Positions 20,712 through 34,853 of a stretch of DNA of 64,000 nucleotides are shown here, in pieces (position 1 is the stretch's first letter; every line of letters begins with the position of its first letter). Both the position numbers and the translations under genes were made by a program. Source of the DNA: the human T2T-CHM13v2.0 reference genome, Homo sapiens; assembly GCF_009914755.1 (NCBI RefSeq), contig NC_060940.1. One strand, 5' to 3'. A model generated the notes under the pieces. The model saw nothing but the letters and a program-made list of their open reading frames with translations, was not told the DNA's origin and ran no database searches.

Positions 20712-23392
20712 TAGCATCTCCCTTGGTTAGTTCTGTCTGTGGGGATGGATTGCTCATTGTACAGGGAGGAAACCATGGAGGACCTCAGTTTCCTTAGCAG
20801 AGGTGAGCAGAAAGTGTGGTGTTTGTCTTAGTAAGTTGCTCCAGGGTCGACGATCATGCCCCTCTCCAGCCAGGGCCCCGCTGTCTAGCCCAGTGCGCTC
20901 TGCACACTTTCTTGGGCTAGGCTTCCCACCCATGCCTGCCACACATGCCTGACATCCAATTCTGGCATGTTTCAGAATTGGATGGAATCTGGTCTTTCAC
21001 CACATTTCAGAGATTGCTCCTTTTGAGCTGGGCCCAAAAGATTTTGCCTGCCATTTTCTTGGGTGGTTGTGGCTGCAAAACTGGGAAGGTCTGGGGCATC
21101 TTTCTTCTTTGACCTATCTGTCCTTTGACTTAGAGACAAGGACGTATTTTAGGAGTTTCACATGGTTTTTGTCTACCTGATTATCCAAAATTTCTCATTA
21201 AAAAAAAAAAATGGAACCGAATGTTGTGGTGCACACCTGTAATTCCAGCAACTTGGAAGACTGGCGGGTGGGAGGATCACTTGAGCCCAGGAGTTTGAGG
21301 CTGCAGTGACCTATAATAGTGCCACTGCACTCCAGTCTGGATGACAGTAAGATCCTGTCTCAATAAATAAATAAATAAAATAAAATGCATTAAAGCAATT
21401 TTTTTTTCCCTTAAAAGCCCCACTAGTTAGGTTCTGTGGGTTGACCAAGATGTTGGTGTGTGAAAGGGAAGATTCCCAGATTCTGGAGCTCACATCTGCC
21501 TGGTCTTTTTGGAGTCTTCCTTCCTGCCTGCCTCTCTTAGCAACATTATTCTGGGTTTATAGAGGTAGAACTTTGACTTGGAGGGTTCCCTAGAAGTAAA
21601 AATTAAACACTAAAAAATTCTTCTTTCTGAGTACTCTAAAATGGTTTTCTCAGGCTCGCTGGGGATGTGGGAGGGTTCTGCATGGAGGTGATAGTTACCT
21701 TTTCTCCATGAAACAAAACTCATATTGAAAAATGTGGCAGGAATCTTTCTTTGGTCTGCTTTCAATGTCTCTCTGTTGATTTTCCTCCCCCTCTGGCATT
21801 GGTTTTCTCCTCTTGTTTGCTATGGTGCCATGTCCTGGTTACAAGTAAGAAGGGTTGCTTTCATATAGTTATTTTGGGGTTTGGCTTAGGCCCAGAGTTT
21901 GACTCGGAAGACTTAAGACCCAATACTAGACTAGCTAGCGGCCTCCCCTCCTCCTCTTGCTGGGCTTCAACTGAGACCTTGTTCTTCTTTGCTGCACTGC
22001 AGAGAACATGAAATACAGTTCAAAATGGAAATCAAGGGAATCCCAGATTGCAGTCTCCTGTAATTCCTTCCTGCTGTCTGCCTCAACACACACCTTCTCC
22101 AGTTCCTCTAAATTCTGGTTCTTAGTTTTTCTGCCATGTTTCCCTTTCCCAACTCCTAGTGTGCTAATGTTGCCCGTGATCATCGTGTATCTTTTCGTTT
22201 GCTTGCTTCACCGTTGCAGTTTCTTTTTGCCGTCTTGTGTCGTGTTCCTGCTGGGACCCACTGAAGATGCCTGGCACAGCCTTGCACATTGTGCTGTTGT
22301 GACGGGACTATCACACGGCCGACAATTTCTGGGGCATCTCTCTCTGCAGTATTGAAACAGATTGTTTTGACTGGGCGCGGTGGCTCACGCCTGTAATCCC
22401 AGCACTTTGGGAGGCTGAGGCAGGCGGATCACTTGAGGTCGGGAGTTCAAGACCATCCTGGCCAACATGGTGAAACCCCGTCTCTACTAAAAACACAAAA
22501 ATTAGCTGGGCGTGGTGGCGGGCACCTTTAGTCCCAGCTACTTGGGAGGCTGAGGCAGGAGAATCGCTTGAACTCGGGAGGCAGAGGTTGGTTGTGGTGA
22601 GCTGAGATCATGCCACTGCACTCCAGCCAGAGAGACAGAGTGAGACTCCATCTCAAAAAAAAAAAAAAAAAGGTAAAAGAAACAGATTATTTTGTGGCTC
22701 TTAGGGTGTGGACTCCAAATTGCATTATCGAGAAACAGACAACTTGTTTCTTACTCTGCAATGAGCCCCTTGCATTGAATTCTCAAGCACCTGGATTTTG
22801 TTCTGCATCCGTCTGGTGCATCCTTAAAAAAAAAAAAAAATGCCTGCGTTCCACGCTGCAACCTTTATGCCCTTCCCAGACCTTTCTTACCCTCAGCTGT
22901 ATTTGCTAGACATTCTTTATTTCTGAGTTTGTATCTTAAAATATTACTGGAACTTTGTGCTTAGTTCCCAAGGGACTTGAACTCTCATGAGCTCTCTGGC
23001 TCATGGCCTGCACCCCAGATCTCCCAACCCAGGGACCATTACCCGGGAAGAGGATTCCACAGTGTTCTTTTCTGTTCCTAGTGATAGAGAACATCTAGGA
23101 TCTCCCTTCTGGCTGCAGAGTCCCGCTTTCCCCCATCTCCATCCTTTTCTGCTCCACGTAACACCTTGACATCTCTCATTTTAGGGGAATGTGGTAGAAG
23201 AGGAGGGGCAGCCGGTTGGCTCATTGGAGGTGTGGGGTTTTTGGCTTTTGGTTTTCTGGCCATGATGCATAGTTTTTATTTTTCATTTCTTCTTGTTCCT
23301 TCCTTCTGGCTTTATTTTTCAAGTTGTACTGCGTACCTTAGGGAAGAAGTATCCAAAATCGTCAAGTGCTTCTATTTAACAATGAAAAGTAA

Positions 23393-23801
<409 letters not shown>

Positions 23802-25249
23802 TAAATGTTGTTTGTGTTTATCAGTCTCTGGTGTCTCTCCCTTTCCTGTCTGCCTCCTCTTCTCCTCGCTTCTTATAGGTGTGTGTGTTGGGGGGGTGGG
23901 TGGGGGGTGCGTTCTGATAGAATAACAAACAGAGGATACCAAGGAAATTTTTTAAAAACCCTTTAACGAAAGAGAGCCAACATTGCATGAAGGCTGAGAT
24001 TTTTTTTTAAAAGGCAAGGATTCAGAAAAGGGCTGATCAGTATTTTCTGATCCTAGTTCAGTGCTAGTCAGGGAGACTGTCAGTAAAGACCTTTTTGGTC
24101 TGTTGATTTGTAGAATTAAGCAAAAGATGACCATGCCCCTGTGGAAGCTGGGTTGGTACCAGCTGGTAGCTGATTTCCCAGGAGAACCCTGAACGCTTTA
24201 CAGATGATCTACTGACTCCAAAACAAGACCTGAAGCAGCAAACACTTTTACACCAAATGCGTCTTCTTTTAATGTCTTAAAATAACCTTTTCTATAGTCC
24301 TTCCCTTTTGCAAGGTCACTGCTGTAGCTCAGCACTTACCCAGTGCCTCTGGCTCCATGATGTAGAATACGTGTGTTTTCTCATTTGTTCCTTTGCCTCT
24401 GTTGCCGAATGTTTTTAATGTGTTAACTACAAAACAGAGTTGGAGGAACTTGGATTTTATGAAATGCTGTACCCTATCTCCCCCAACCCCCCAACACACA
24501 GACACACGCCCCCATGACTTGGAATTCGGGAGATTTTTTTCAGTAATGATTCAACGTGATTTGTGATGGAGAATTTTAGGCACAGCTTGAGATCAATGAT
24601 AAGGGGCCCTAAATCAAGGTGAGCTTCCCCCACCTCCGTGCACTTGCATTCTGTGTGGGCAGGAGGCCCTGCCCTGAAAGGGGGCTCCGTCCTGTCAAGA
24701 GCCTATGGTTTCAAGACTTAAACATCTTTGTTGGAACTTGCTTGGAAGAGGGGCCTGTGTTGCCACCTTGGAAAGAAAGTTTCTCTGTCCTTTCAGCTGG
24801 GGGTGGAGGGAGGGCTGTGGAAGGGGGCTTGCTGGCAGTTGAGTTCCACCAATGTTTTCTCAAGCCGACACTGAGCCCCATTCATCCTCCTGCCCATGTG
24901 TGGCTCCGGCACCCCTAGACGGGGCCAGCCCAGCAGCCTGAAGTCCGCATTTAGAACTTGATCCCCTCTTATAACGATTAAATTTTAGTAAGTAAAATAA
25001 AAATGCTTCAGAAAGAAAAAAAAGAAAGGAAGAAAGAGTGGAACAATACTTGTTTTATTTAACGACCAGAACTTTTTGACAACACCCCCCTTCCCCGCAG
25101 GATATGAGAATGCCTGGTCCACTGCAGTCCATCCCCAGGGACCTCGAAGCAGAATTTGGCTGGAGGGGGTGCGGGGGGGATTCTAATGTAAACAGTGACC
25201 CTGAAGCCCTGGAGCCAGTTCCCCCTTCTTTCCCCTGTCTCCCCTTCTG

Positions 25250-26009
25250 TCTTGCTGCCCCACCCCCAGCCCCAACACCCCCCACCCCCCCCACCCCCAC
25301 CCCGAGACAAACACAGAACACTGAGCAACTTCAGGTTCAGGCAGGGGAGGAATAAAGGTGCTTTGTAAAGGGGAAGGAAAACATTCCTGGGGGAGGTGAG
25401 GGCTTGGGGCATGAATGTGCCCTCAGTCTGGGTGGACGCTGCACACCCAGATGGGAGGTTGGGGGGGACGCCGAGGTGGAGGGAGGAGGGCCGGGCCCCA
25501 GCCAGGAAGCTCTGGGCGTGGGCAGGGCTTGTGGGAATGATTTCATTGGAAAGGCCTGCGATATTTTTTCCCCTCCTGCGTGTGGTTCTTGGAGAAAGTT
25601 GGAGGTGGTGGTGATTTCAGTCGCCTTGGCCGCCTTGAGCCGGAGCTGAGCGGAGGCACTGGGCCGAGCCTGCTTCCCGGGCCTTCCTACCATGCCAGGG
25701 CTGCTCCCTGCCTCCGCCACCCTGGCACACCTTCACCCGCGTACCGCCTCCTCCCCGTCGCTCTGCCTTTTCCAAAACTCACTTGGGCCCTCCGTGCGCA
25801 GGGTTCTTTTTTGGTTTTTCTGTAAAAATCAAAACAAAAAACAGAGACTTTTGAGAGGAGCAGATGCCACCTAAAGTCCCACTGCATTCCCTGCAAAGCG
25901 CTCAAATGTGGAAGCCAGTCATTGGCATTTTTATTTTTTATTGATTGATTGATTTTTTCACCAGTGGCTTTTTGTAACCTCTGTGTTCTGCTGTGTTTCT
26001 TGTGTTTAG
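25250..26009 (+). promoter_or_regulatory. Internal promoter / 5' region of the WWP2-C (pri-miR-140) transcript in intron 10
   Basis: GC/CpG-rich Alu-free block just upstream of exon 11 with paired inverted SOX-like sites (25351-25367, 25533-25550). Fits the established SOX9-driven WWP2-C/miR-140 promoter; the TSS cannot be fixed from sequence. Confidence 0.7.
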
Positions 26010-26064
26010 TCTTCGAGTGCTTCGACTGACCATGATCCCCTGGGCCCCCTCCCTCCTGGCTGGG
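26010..26064 (+). CDS. WWP2: WWP2 exon 11 (SSSASTDHDPLGPLPPGW)
   Basis: gtttag|TCTTCG...GGCTGGG|gtaagt; 55 nt. Confidence 0.95.
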
Positions 26065-28338
26065 GTAAGTACTGAGTTCTCTTCCTGGCCCTTGGCCTTC
26101 CGTCAGCCACGGTGCTCTGTCCTCTCCTCCCGCGTGTCTTCCTTCCCTGTTCCTGTCCCTCTGTTTTCCATCTCTCCCCTCTCCAGCACACTCTCTGGGC
26201 ATGCCCCACCAGAGCAATTACAGGTGATGGAGCTGGGCAGCTGGGAAAGTAACCAAGCTCCACCGAACCACTGTAGCATCCACCCACCATCGCTAAAGGA
26301 GTGTGACCCTAAGAAAAGATGTCCCTGAGCAGCTGGGGGGCTATTGGCTTTTGGTCTTGAGTTTCAAGGTGTCTACTCAAGAGTCCATGCTACCACTAAG
26401 ATATTTTGACACTGCCTAACTCCCAAATGGATTTGTTTCAGATCTGTGACCGTATGGTTGGAATGATCCACCCTAACAAATCTTTCTTTGCAGCTGACAT
26501 GTTGGAGGACTTTGGTCTAATTTTGACTAATAGAAGCCACCTTTTTATTTCTGACATAGCTGTGAAAGAGGCCAGAGGGAAGCAGATACGAGAGTTGAAT
26601 GCCAGGTGGTGACTCTGGAAACGCATCGCTGCTAGTTATTATCGCCGTGTAGATTTCTCCTCGCCCTTGGTAGCCGCCTCTTACCTATCCCAAGTCCTTG
26701 ATGTGATTTGCTGACAGTGAGTTAAGGGATGGACATCCATGACTTAGGAGAGATGATAGGCTTCATGGCTATTCTAGGAAAGAGTAGCCATGCAAAAAGG
26801 GTCATTAGAGATGATGAGACTTAGCGCATTTGATAGAGCTGGGGCAGAGTTTTATTTAATCTTGTGAGAGTCACTGGGAGCAGAAGAAAGCAGTTTTTGC
26901 GGGAACCAGCATGTGTTGGGTTTCATTTATTGGTTAGGCCGGCAGAAGACGGTAAACGTTGGTTTGGTGGTGTTGACAGATGGTGTGAAACTGGGAGGGG
27001 GTGCGCTCGACAACAAAGATGGAGAGGTGCATCCTGGGAAGTTGGCAGTGATAGGATGGGCATCTGATGCCTGGAAACATGCAGGTTTGGAGCTGGATCT
27101 TCTCGATGCAGACACTTCTGCTCTCGGGTAGTTATTTAAGAGGTTGTGTCAACCCTGTTATACCTGCAAGGTACCACTTAGTCAATGAGCACTGCAGTCC
27201 AGTGTGCCAGAAGGGCCTTCTGGTCCTTCTGATTGGAGAGATCATTTAGTGAAGCTTCCACACATTTGTTGATGTTCAGCTCGGGGATCCCTTACGCAGA
27301 TAGCTGCCCCACATGGCTCCCTGGACCAAAGAAAGATCATTAGTATCTCAGAGATTGGCAGCAACTCCAATGCGAGAGAGTAAAACTCTGAAGACCCTGC
27401 GTCGTCAGTAGGCAGGGGAAAATGCGTCAGATTAAACAAGAATCTGTACTGCTGTTTAGTAGCCAGTGGCATAGAAGCCGGGGACTTCTAGTGTATTTCA
27501 GGCTCTGTAGAGGCAGGTGATGTAGCCCAGTCAAGTGGGTTTTCATGCCAGTTCTGCTGAGTGATGGTCACCAGGTAAGCACAGCTGATGGAGACTTGAA
27601 AACAGCTCTCGAATGCTAAGTGTGGAAATATTTGAGATAGAAATGGAGGAGCCGTGGTCAGAGTCGATGCTGTTAATGAACGATCAGAAAAAAACCCACA
27701 AAACTGTCATAGTCTAGAATTAAGAGGAAGAACATTCTGGCTAAAGGCCAGGGCTCCTTCTGAATCTCAGATCCTTGGGGATCTGTGTTGGCTGCCCCAG
27801 GGCTGTGGCTGGGGCCGGCTCCCCAGGGCTCACCGAGAATGAACAGGAAGAACAGCCAGACCAAGTGAGAGTGATCGGCAGCTTGCTAACCCAGCCTGCT
27901 GGTGTCCCTCTCTGCTGCCCCAGGAGAGACCCCGCATCTTCCCCACACACTGCTGTGGGACTCAGGACACCTCGGGTTCAGATCCACATCTGCCCTCGGC
28001 AGCCCTGACCCTGGGCCTGTGGCTGAATATGTCTGAGTCCCTTTGTCCTAAAATGAGGTCGAGCCAGGTGTTCCTGGGGTCTTTCCCAGCCCCCAACTGA
28101 AACTGAATGCCGCGAGGCAGCCAGCCGGCCTTGGGAGGCCTCCACACAGCAGCAGTGCCAGAAATGACGACACAGGCCTCAAGCCCGCTGGACAGATCCC
28201 CCTGGCCCTGTGGTTAGCCTTGGCTTTGGCCCTTAACAGGGCAGACGTGGAGGATCTAGTTCAAAGCAGTAGCTTCGGGGCTGGGAGCAGCCCCTCCCCT
28301 GGAAACCTCTTGGGAAGCCTTCCTTCTGTGTGTTCTGA

Positions 28339-28590
<252 letters not shown>

Positions 28591-29909
28591 TGATTGACAA
28601 ATAATGTCTGTTTGTAAAATTTCAGTCGAGTCATAGATACCAGGTAAGGCAGAGAGTGGGAGGGAGACTGAGGCCTTGGTCTGGTGTTGGGAGCACTGCA
28701 GCTCGAGTCTTGGAGTCAGGAGGGGGTTGTTGCACTTCCCTGTTCTGCTCCTTTTTCAGCTTTCTGGTTCCCTGTAGCTTCTGGAACTGATTATTTTTGT
28801 TTCTTTAATGCTGCCCTGTCTTGTAAAAGGAGAGCCATTAGCATCGTTTGTTTTCAGGAGAGAAGCAGATTTGAAGGCTCAGGAACTTCCTGGGAAAGGT
28901 GACCTCTTTTGAGCCAAGAGCTTTACCCCCTAGTTTTTTGTTTTTTTTTTCTCCTGTCTACCTGGAGCTGAGAGGTTATCCCTTTCAATCCCTCTCAAGG
29001 TCCAGAATCACCAGCTAGGGTTGGGTCTGCCCCTGGAGCACAGACTCCTCCCTTGGGGACCCCAGAGCCCTTATCAGTATATCAGTAAAGGGCAAGAGAA
29101 CAGAGATTGTTCAGAGCAGAGGAAAAGTGTATTTGTTCCCCAGCCCCACTCCATGAATATTCCCCTGTCTCAAAGCACATACTTAGGCCTAAGAACAGGA
29201 TAGGCAGGCCAGGCACGGTGGCTTATTGCCTGTAATCCCAGTACTTTGGGAGGCTGAGGCGGGAGGATCACTTGAGGCCAGGAGTTCGAGACCAGCCAGG
29301 ACAACATAGCGAGACCCTGTCTTTATATAAAAAAGAAAAAAAAGATACAAGTCTAAGAAGAGGCTGGGCAGTGTAAGTGTCCTCAGCCCCAGATATCATT
29401 TATTTGCTTATAAGCAAGAAAGAGGCGTGCCAGGGTATGAGAGTTTTAGAACAAGACTTAGCCTGTAAGTGGGAGAAGAGGGAGAACTTGGAGGGTACAG
29501 GGGCGCAGGGTGCAGAGCACTGATCAGAGAGGTGCGAGGGAAATGCAGCCACTCCATAAGGACCACGCCCTGTAGGACAGAGGCGCCCAGGTTAGCTGCA
29601 TGCAGTGCAGAGGGTCCCAGGACCAGGGATCAGCTGTGAGGGACTTGGGTGGGGGGCCTGGCGGGTTAGGGACTGCCCGGCTTCCATGCTGCACACAGCT
29701 GGGAGCAATTATGCCTCTGGTTTGAGCTGTGCTGCTCCCTCTGGGTGGCCACACCACCCCCTCCCTCCGACCAACCAACCAAAGAAGTGCTTCATCTCGA
29801 GTTGGAAGTATGTCACCCCCGCCCCCCACCACCAACAAGGAAGGACCCTCTTTGTCCCTTTCCCAGTGACAAGTGTGAGTGAGCTTGGCTTTGGCTGGTT
29901 CTTCTCTAA

Positions 29910-30110
<201 letters not shown>

Positions 30111-30530
30111 TAAGGACTTGGGCTGAGAGGGGGGCCGGGCTGGGCTGGGTCTCTGTGCAGCTCCAGCACTGGGCAGGTGGCTTTGGACTGCATCGTCCCA
30201 GAGGGCTGATGTCAGGGACCTTTAGCCACACACAAGTGTCTTGAGACTCTCACCGTACAGATACACTGTTGGCCTGATGAGAGCTTAAAAGGGGTTTCTT
30301 AAATAGACCTTCCTGGTGGATGGAGGGCGGCCCGGCTGGCGGGTGTTGCTGGTCTCCATACTGATTGTGCTGGCTGCTGATAATTGGATTGCAAAAAGGT
30401 TGAGGGCATCCTGGTCTCCCAACACCCCCAAGTGAAGCTGTGCTGGGGCACAGGGTGCCTCAGGATTGCTGGTGGCTGCTCAGTCCAATGCCATCCATGC
30501 AGGGCTGGGTTTTTGGCCATGAGATAATAA

Positions 30531-30839
<309 letters not shown>

Positions 30840-31112
30840 TAAGGACTTTGTGCAGGTAGCAGCAGTGTCAGGAGCCGAGGCCCAGGCTGTCCTTGTTCTG
30901 GCTCTGGGAGGCCCACTTTGGGTGGCCCCTGTGGTGCGTTCTACTGCCCTTACTGCCCTCTAGTGGCCAATGTTGATGTCATATTAAAGGGGATGGGAGG
31001 ATAGCTTGAGCCCAGGAGTTTGAGACCAGCCTGGACAACATAGCGAGACCATGTCTCCACAACAATAAAAAAGATTAACCAGGCTGAGAAAAATGGCAAG
31101 ACCCCATCTCTA

Positions 31113-31277
<165 letters not shown>

Positions 31278-31731
31278 CTAAAAAATAATAATACATTTAA
31301 AATTAGCTCGGTGTGGTAGCACACTCCTGTAGTCCTAGCTACTTGGAAAGCTAAAGCGGGAGGATCGCTTAAGACCAGGAATTCGAGGCCGCAGTGAGCC
31401 ATGATCACACCACTGCACTGCAGCCTGGGTGACAGAGCAAGACCCCGTCTCTAGAAAACGAACAAACAAATAAATAAGATGGGATGGGGAGGAAGGGACT
31501 ATCCTGTTTATTCCGAATGACACTAGAGTTATTTCTCTAAAAGCAAGAAGTCTGGCTTTATTTCTAGATTTTCTTTTTTATTCTTCAAGGATCTTAATGA
31601 CAGTCACTTCCTCACCTTACATTACTAATCTTTAAATTAACATAGCACCAGCTTTCCTTAGGGCTGACAAAGACAAATTGTTCATTTTCTGAGAAATCGC
31701 TTGAACCCCTGAACATCTTTGCTCTTCCTAG

Positions 31732-31807
31732 GACGAAGCAAGGTTCCCCTGGTGCTTATGACCGCAGTTTTCGGTGGAAGTATCACCAGTTCCGTTTCCT
31801 CTGCCAT
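31732..31807 (+). CDS. WWP2: WWP2 exon 14 (TKQGSPGAYDRSFRWKYHQFRFLCH)
   Basis: cctag|GACG...TGCCAT|gtgagt; 76 nt. Confidence 0.96.
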
Positions 31808-32088
31808 GTGAGTTCTGGTACTGGGGCTCCCGTGGCAGTTGGGGTTATTGAGTTATTTCAGTGTGAGTTCCCGGCACAGCAGCAGGTATCGGAATGTTTG
31901 TGTCTTAGGCGGGCGCAAGACACTTGTCTAACCCGGAGCTGGCTGTCTCTAGGAAGCGAGTTTTCATTCCTAGGGCACATGCTATTGCCTCCTGGCCCAG
32001 CAGGCTGGGGAATGCCTGTTCATACAGACAGGAGAACAGATGACCACTTGAGGCTCGATTTAAAGTTCTTTTCTTTTTTTTTTTTCAG

Positions 32089-32160
32089 TCAAATGCCCTA
32101 CCTAGCCACGTGAAGATCAGCGTTTCCAGGCAGACGCTTTTCGAAGATTCCTTCCAACAG
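32089..32160 (+). CDS. WWP2: WWP2 exon 15 ([24 protein letters not shown])
   Basis: tttcag|TCAAAT...CAACAG|gttaga; 72 nt. Confidence 0.96.
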
Positions 32161-32306
32161 GTTAGATCATGGTGCCCGAAACCAGTGGCAGGCCGACGCC
32201 CTCCTCCCAGCACCCCATCTCCTATCGCGTGGCCTGTTAAACCCACACTGCAGACTTTCCAGGGCGTGGGTCTTGGTGACTGTGTCTGCTGGATATTGGG
32301 CCTTAG

Positions 32307-32471
<165 letters not shown>

Positions 32472-33660
32472 TGAGCTTGAGTGCCCCGGAAGGCTGCCCT
32501 GTACCCCGCTTCCCCAGGCTACAGCATCAATGGCCAGAAAGCTGCCTGCCCCCTGCTCACATTCCCTCCCAAAGCTCTCATGCATCTTCAGGAATGGGCA
32601 CAGTGTGGCATTCAAAATACGTGAACCCGCCAGGCGCGGTGGCTCACGCCTGTAATCCCAGCACTTTGGGAGGCTGAGGCAGGTGGATCACCTGAGGTCG
32701 GGGGTTCGAGACCAGCCTGACCAACATGGAGAAACCCCGTCTCTATTAAAAATACACAATTAGCTGGGCGTGGTGGTGCATGCCTGTAATCCCAGCTCCT
32801 GGGGAGGCTGAGGCGGGAGAATCGCTCGAACCTGGGAGGCAGGAGGTTGCAGTGAGCCGAGATCGTGCCATTGCACTCCATCCTGGGCAACAAGAGCGAA
32901 ACTCCATCTCAAAAACAAAACAAACAAAAAAACAAAATACGTGAATCCATGTGGCCAGTCCATTGGGCCTGGAACAGGGGCCTGGGGTGCCCCGCTGGGC
33001 TGGACATTAAGCCTTTAGTTACTGGGTCATGAGGCGACAGAGGACTCCTGGGAGGGGCGAGAGCTCAGTACAATGGCTCTGTTATCTACCAATGTGTCAT
33101 GTTTCTGTACTTTAACAACCAGGCCAGCAGCATCTGGGCAGTTGAATATAGGGGCCATGTGGTCATCCATTAGAGTTGACCCTGGGATCCCCTCCTCTTA
33201 AGGCAGCCAGGGCAGGTGAAGTCAGGTGTCCCCGTGTGGATAAGCTGTGTCACGATCCACAGGGCCTTGAGCAGGGCTCAACTGCATGTCACATGCCTGG
33301 GGTCAGTAAAACTGTAACGGCTTATGTCACCCTAAAAAGAGTCCAAAGCATTGTCTTGCCTTCACCCTGGTCCACCCATAAAAGTTAACAGGCCCTCTGG
33401 GAAATGCTGCCTTGGACAGCAGGGCAGAAGGGCCCCGGCAGAGAGAGAGAGCGCTGTGGCCCGCAGCGACCTCTCCGCTCGAGACCTCTCCCGGTGTGGG
33501 CATGTCTTCCCGCTTGGTGTTGGGTTAACTTGCTTCTGGTCCTCTGTTCGGTGGTGGCGTTGCCTTCTGCGCTGGCCCCGTGGATGGATGTTCCTTTTTT
33601 CCGTGGTGACCTCCTCTCCAGGCTCTGCTTGGTGGGCTTCTGGTGTGGCCGCGCCCTGTG

Positions 33661-33760
33661 TGTGTCTCTCTCTGTGTCCTGCCAGTGGTTTTACCCTATG
33701 GTAGGTTACGTCATGCTGTTCTACCACAGGGTAGAACCACGGACAGGATACCGGGGCACC
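33661..33760 (+). ncRNA. MIR140: MIR140 precursor hairpin; miR-140-5p 33683-33704 (CAGTGGTTTTACCCTATGGTAG), miR-140-3p about 33722-33742 (TACCACAGGGTAGAACCACGG)
   Basis: Both mature sequences recognised; arms are complementary (GTGGTTTTACCCTATGGTAG / CTACCACAGGGTAGAACCAC); intronic in WWP2. Seed A at 33684 is the wild-type base. Confidence 0.98.
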
Positions 33761-34463
33761 CTCTGCGTCAACGGACTCCTCGTCTGCCCAGCCACAAACA
33801 GCCCAGCAGCTGGGGACTGGCCCCCTTGGGACATCCCCTTGCTGGTTTAGCTCAAGCCCAAAAGGACTCTGAATTCATGCCTGAGGCTCGCACCCAGGGC
33901 ACGGGTGTTGGTTCAGATGAATGCGTGGAAGTGTGGGAACGGGGATGGTGTTGGGGTCTGGGGGTGAAGGGAGGGCAAAGTGCAAGAGTGTTACATAGCT
34001 GGTGGGCATGAGGTTTCTCATCTGAAGGCAGCATGGATTACATTGTCATGGATCGGGGTTGGAAATGTGTTGCTGTGTATTTACGTTATGTTGCCCGCCC
34101 AGGTAGAGTGGAAACAGGGTAGTTACTATTCAAACAGAACCTTTGCAGAAAAATTATTGTAATAAACATGCATCGTGCCCTTGTGCAGTGCACAGCCTAG
34201 GCAACTGAGCATGGTGACCCAGGGTACAAGGACCCCCTTTACCATTAGAAGCTCTGGATATTGTGATGTAAAGTCTTGGAACACATCACCTGGGAGCCGA
34301 CAATCACACGTTTTCCCAAATATCATCCTCAAATGCAGTTGCCGCCCTGGTTCACTGTAGGTCTGAGCCTGCCCTGTTCACTGACCAGCTGTTCATATAG
34401 GTTAGCCCAGGTGCTTGTCACAGGGCTCGACTCCCTGGGACACGTGTCCCCATACTAACCTGA

Positions 34464-34733
<270 letters not shown>

Positions 34734-34853
34734 TAGTTCCCTCCTCCTCTCCCTCCTCTTCCCTCTCCTGGTGAAGTGTGCCAGGGGCACCAGGGGAATC
34801 TGCTCTTTCTCTGAGACCTCCAGGAAGGGGCAGCATTGGAGGAGGCCCTGGGC

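Noticed and set aside
33447-33475. Small GC-rich stem-loop upstream of MIR140 as a second miRNA
   Set aside because: Stem is far shorter than the roughly 35 bp needed for Microprocessor.
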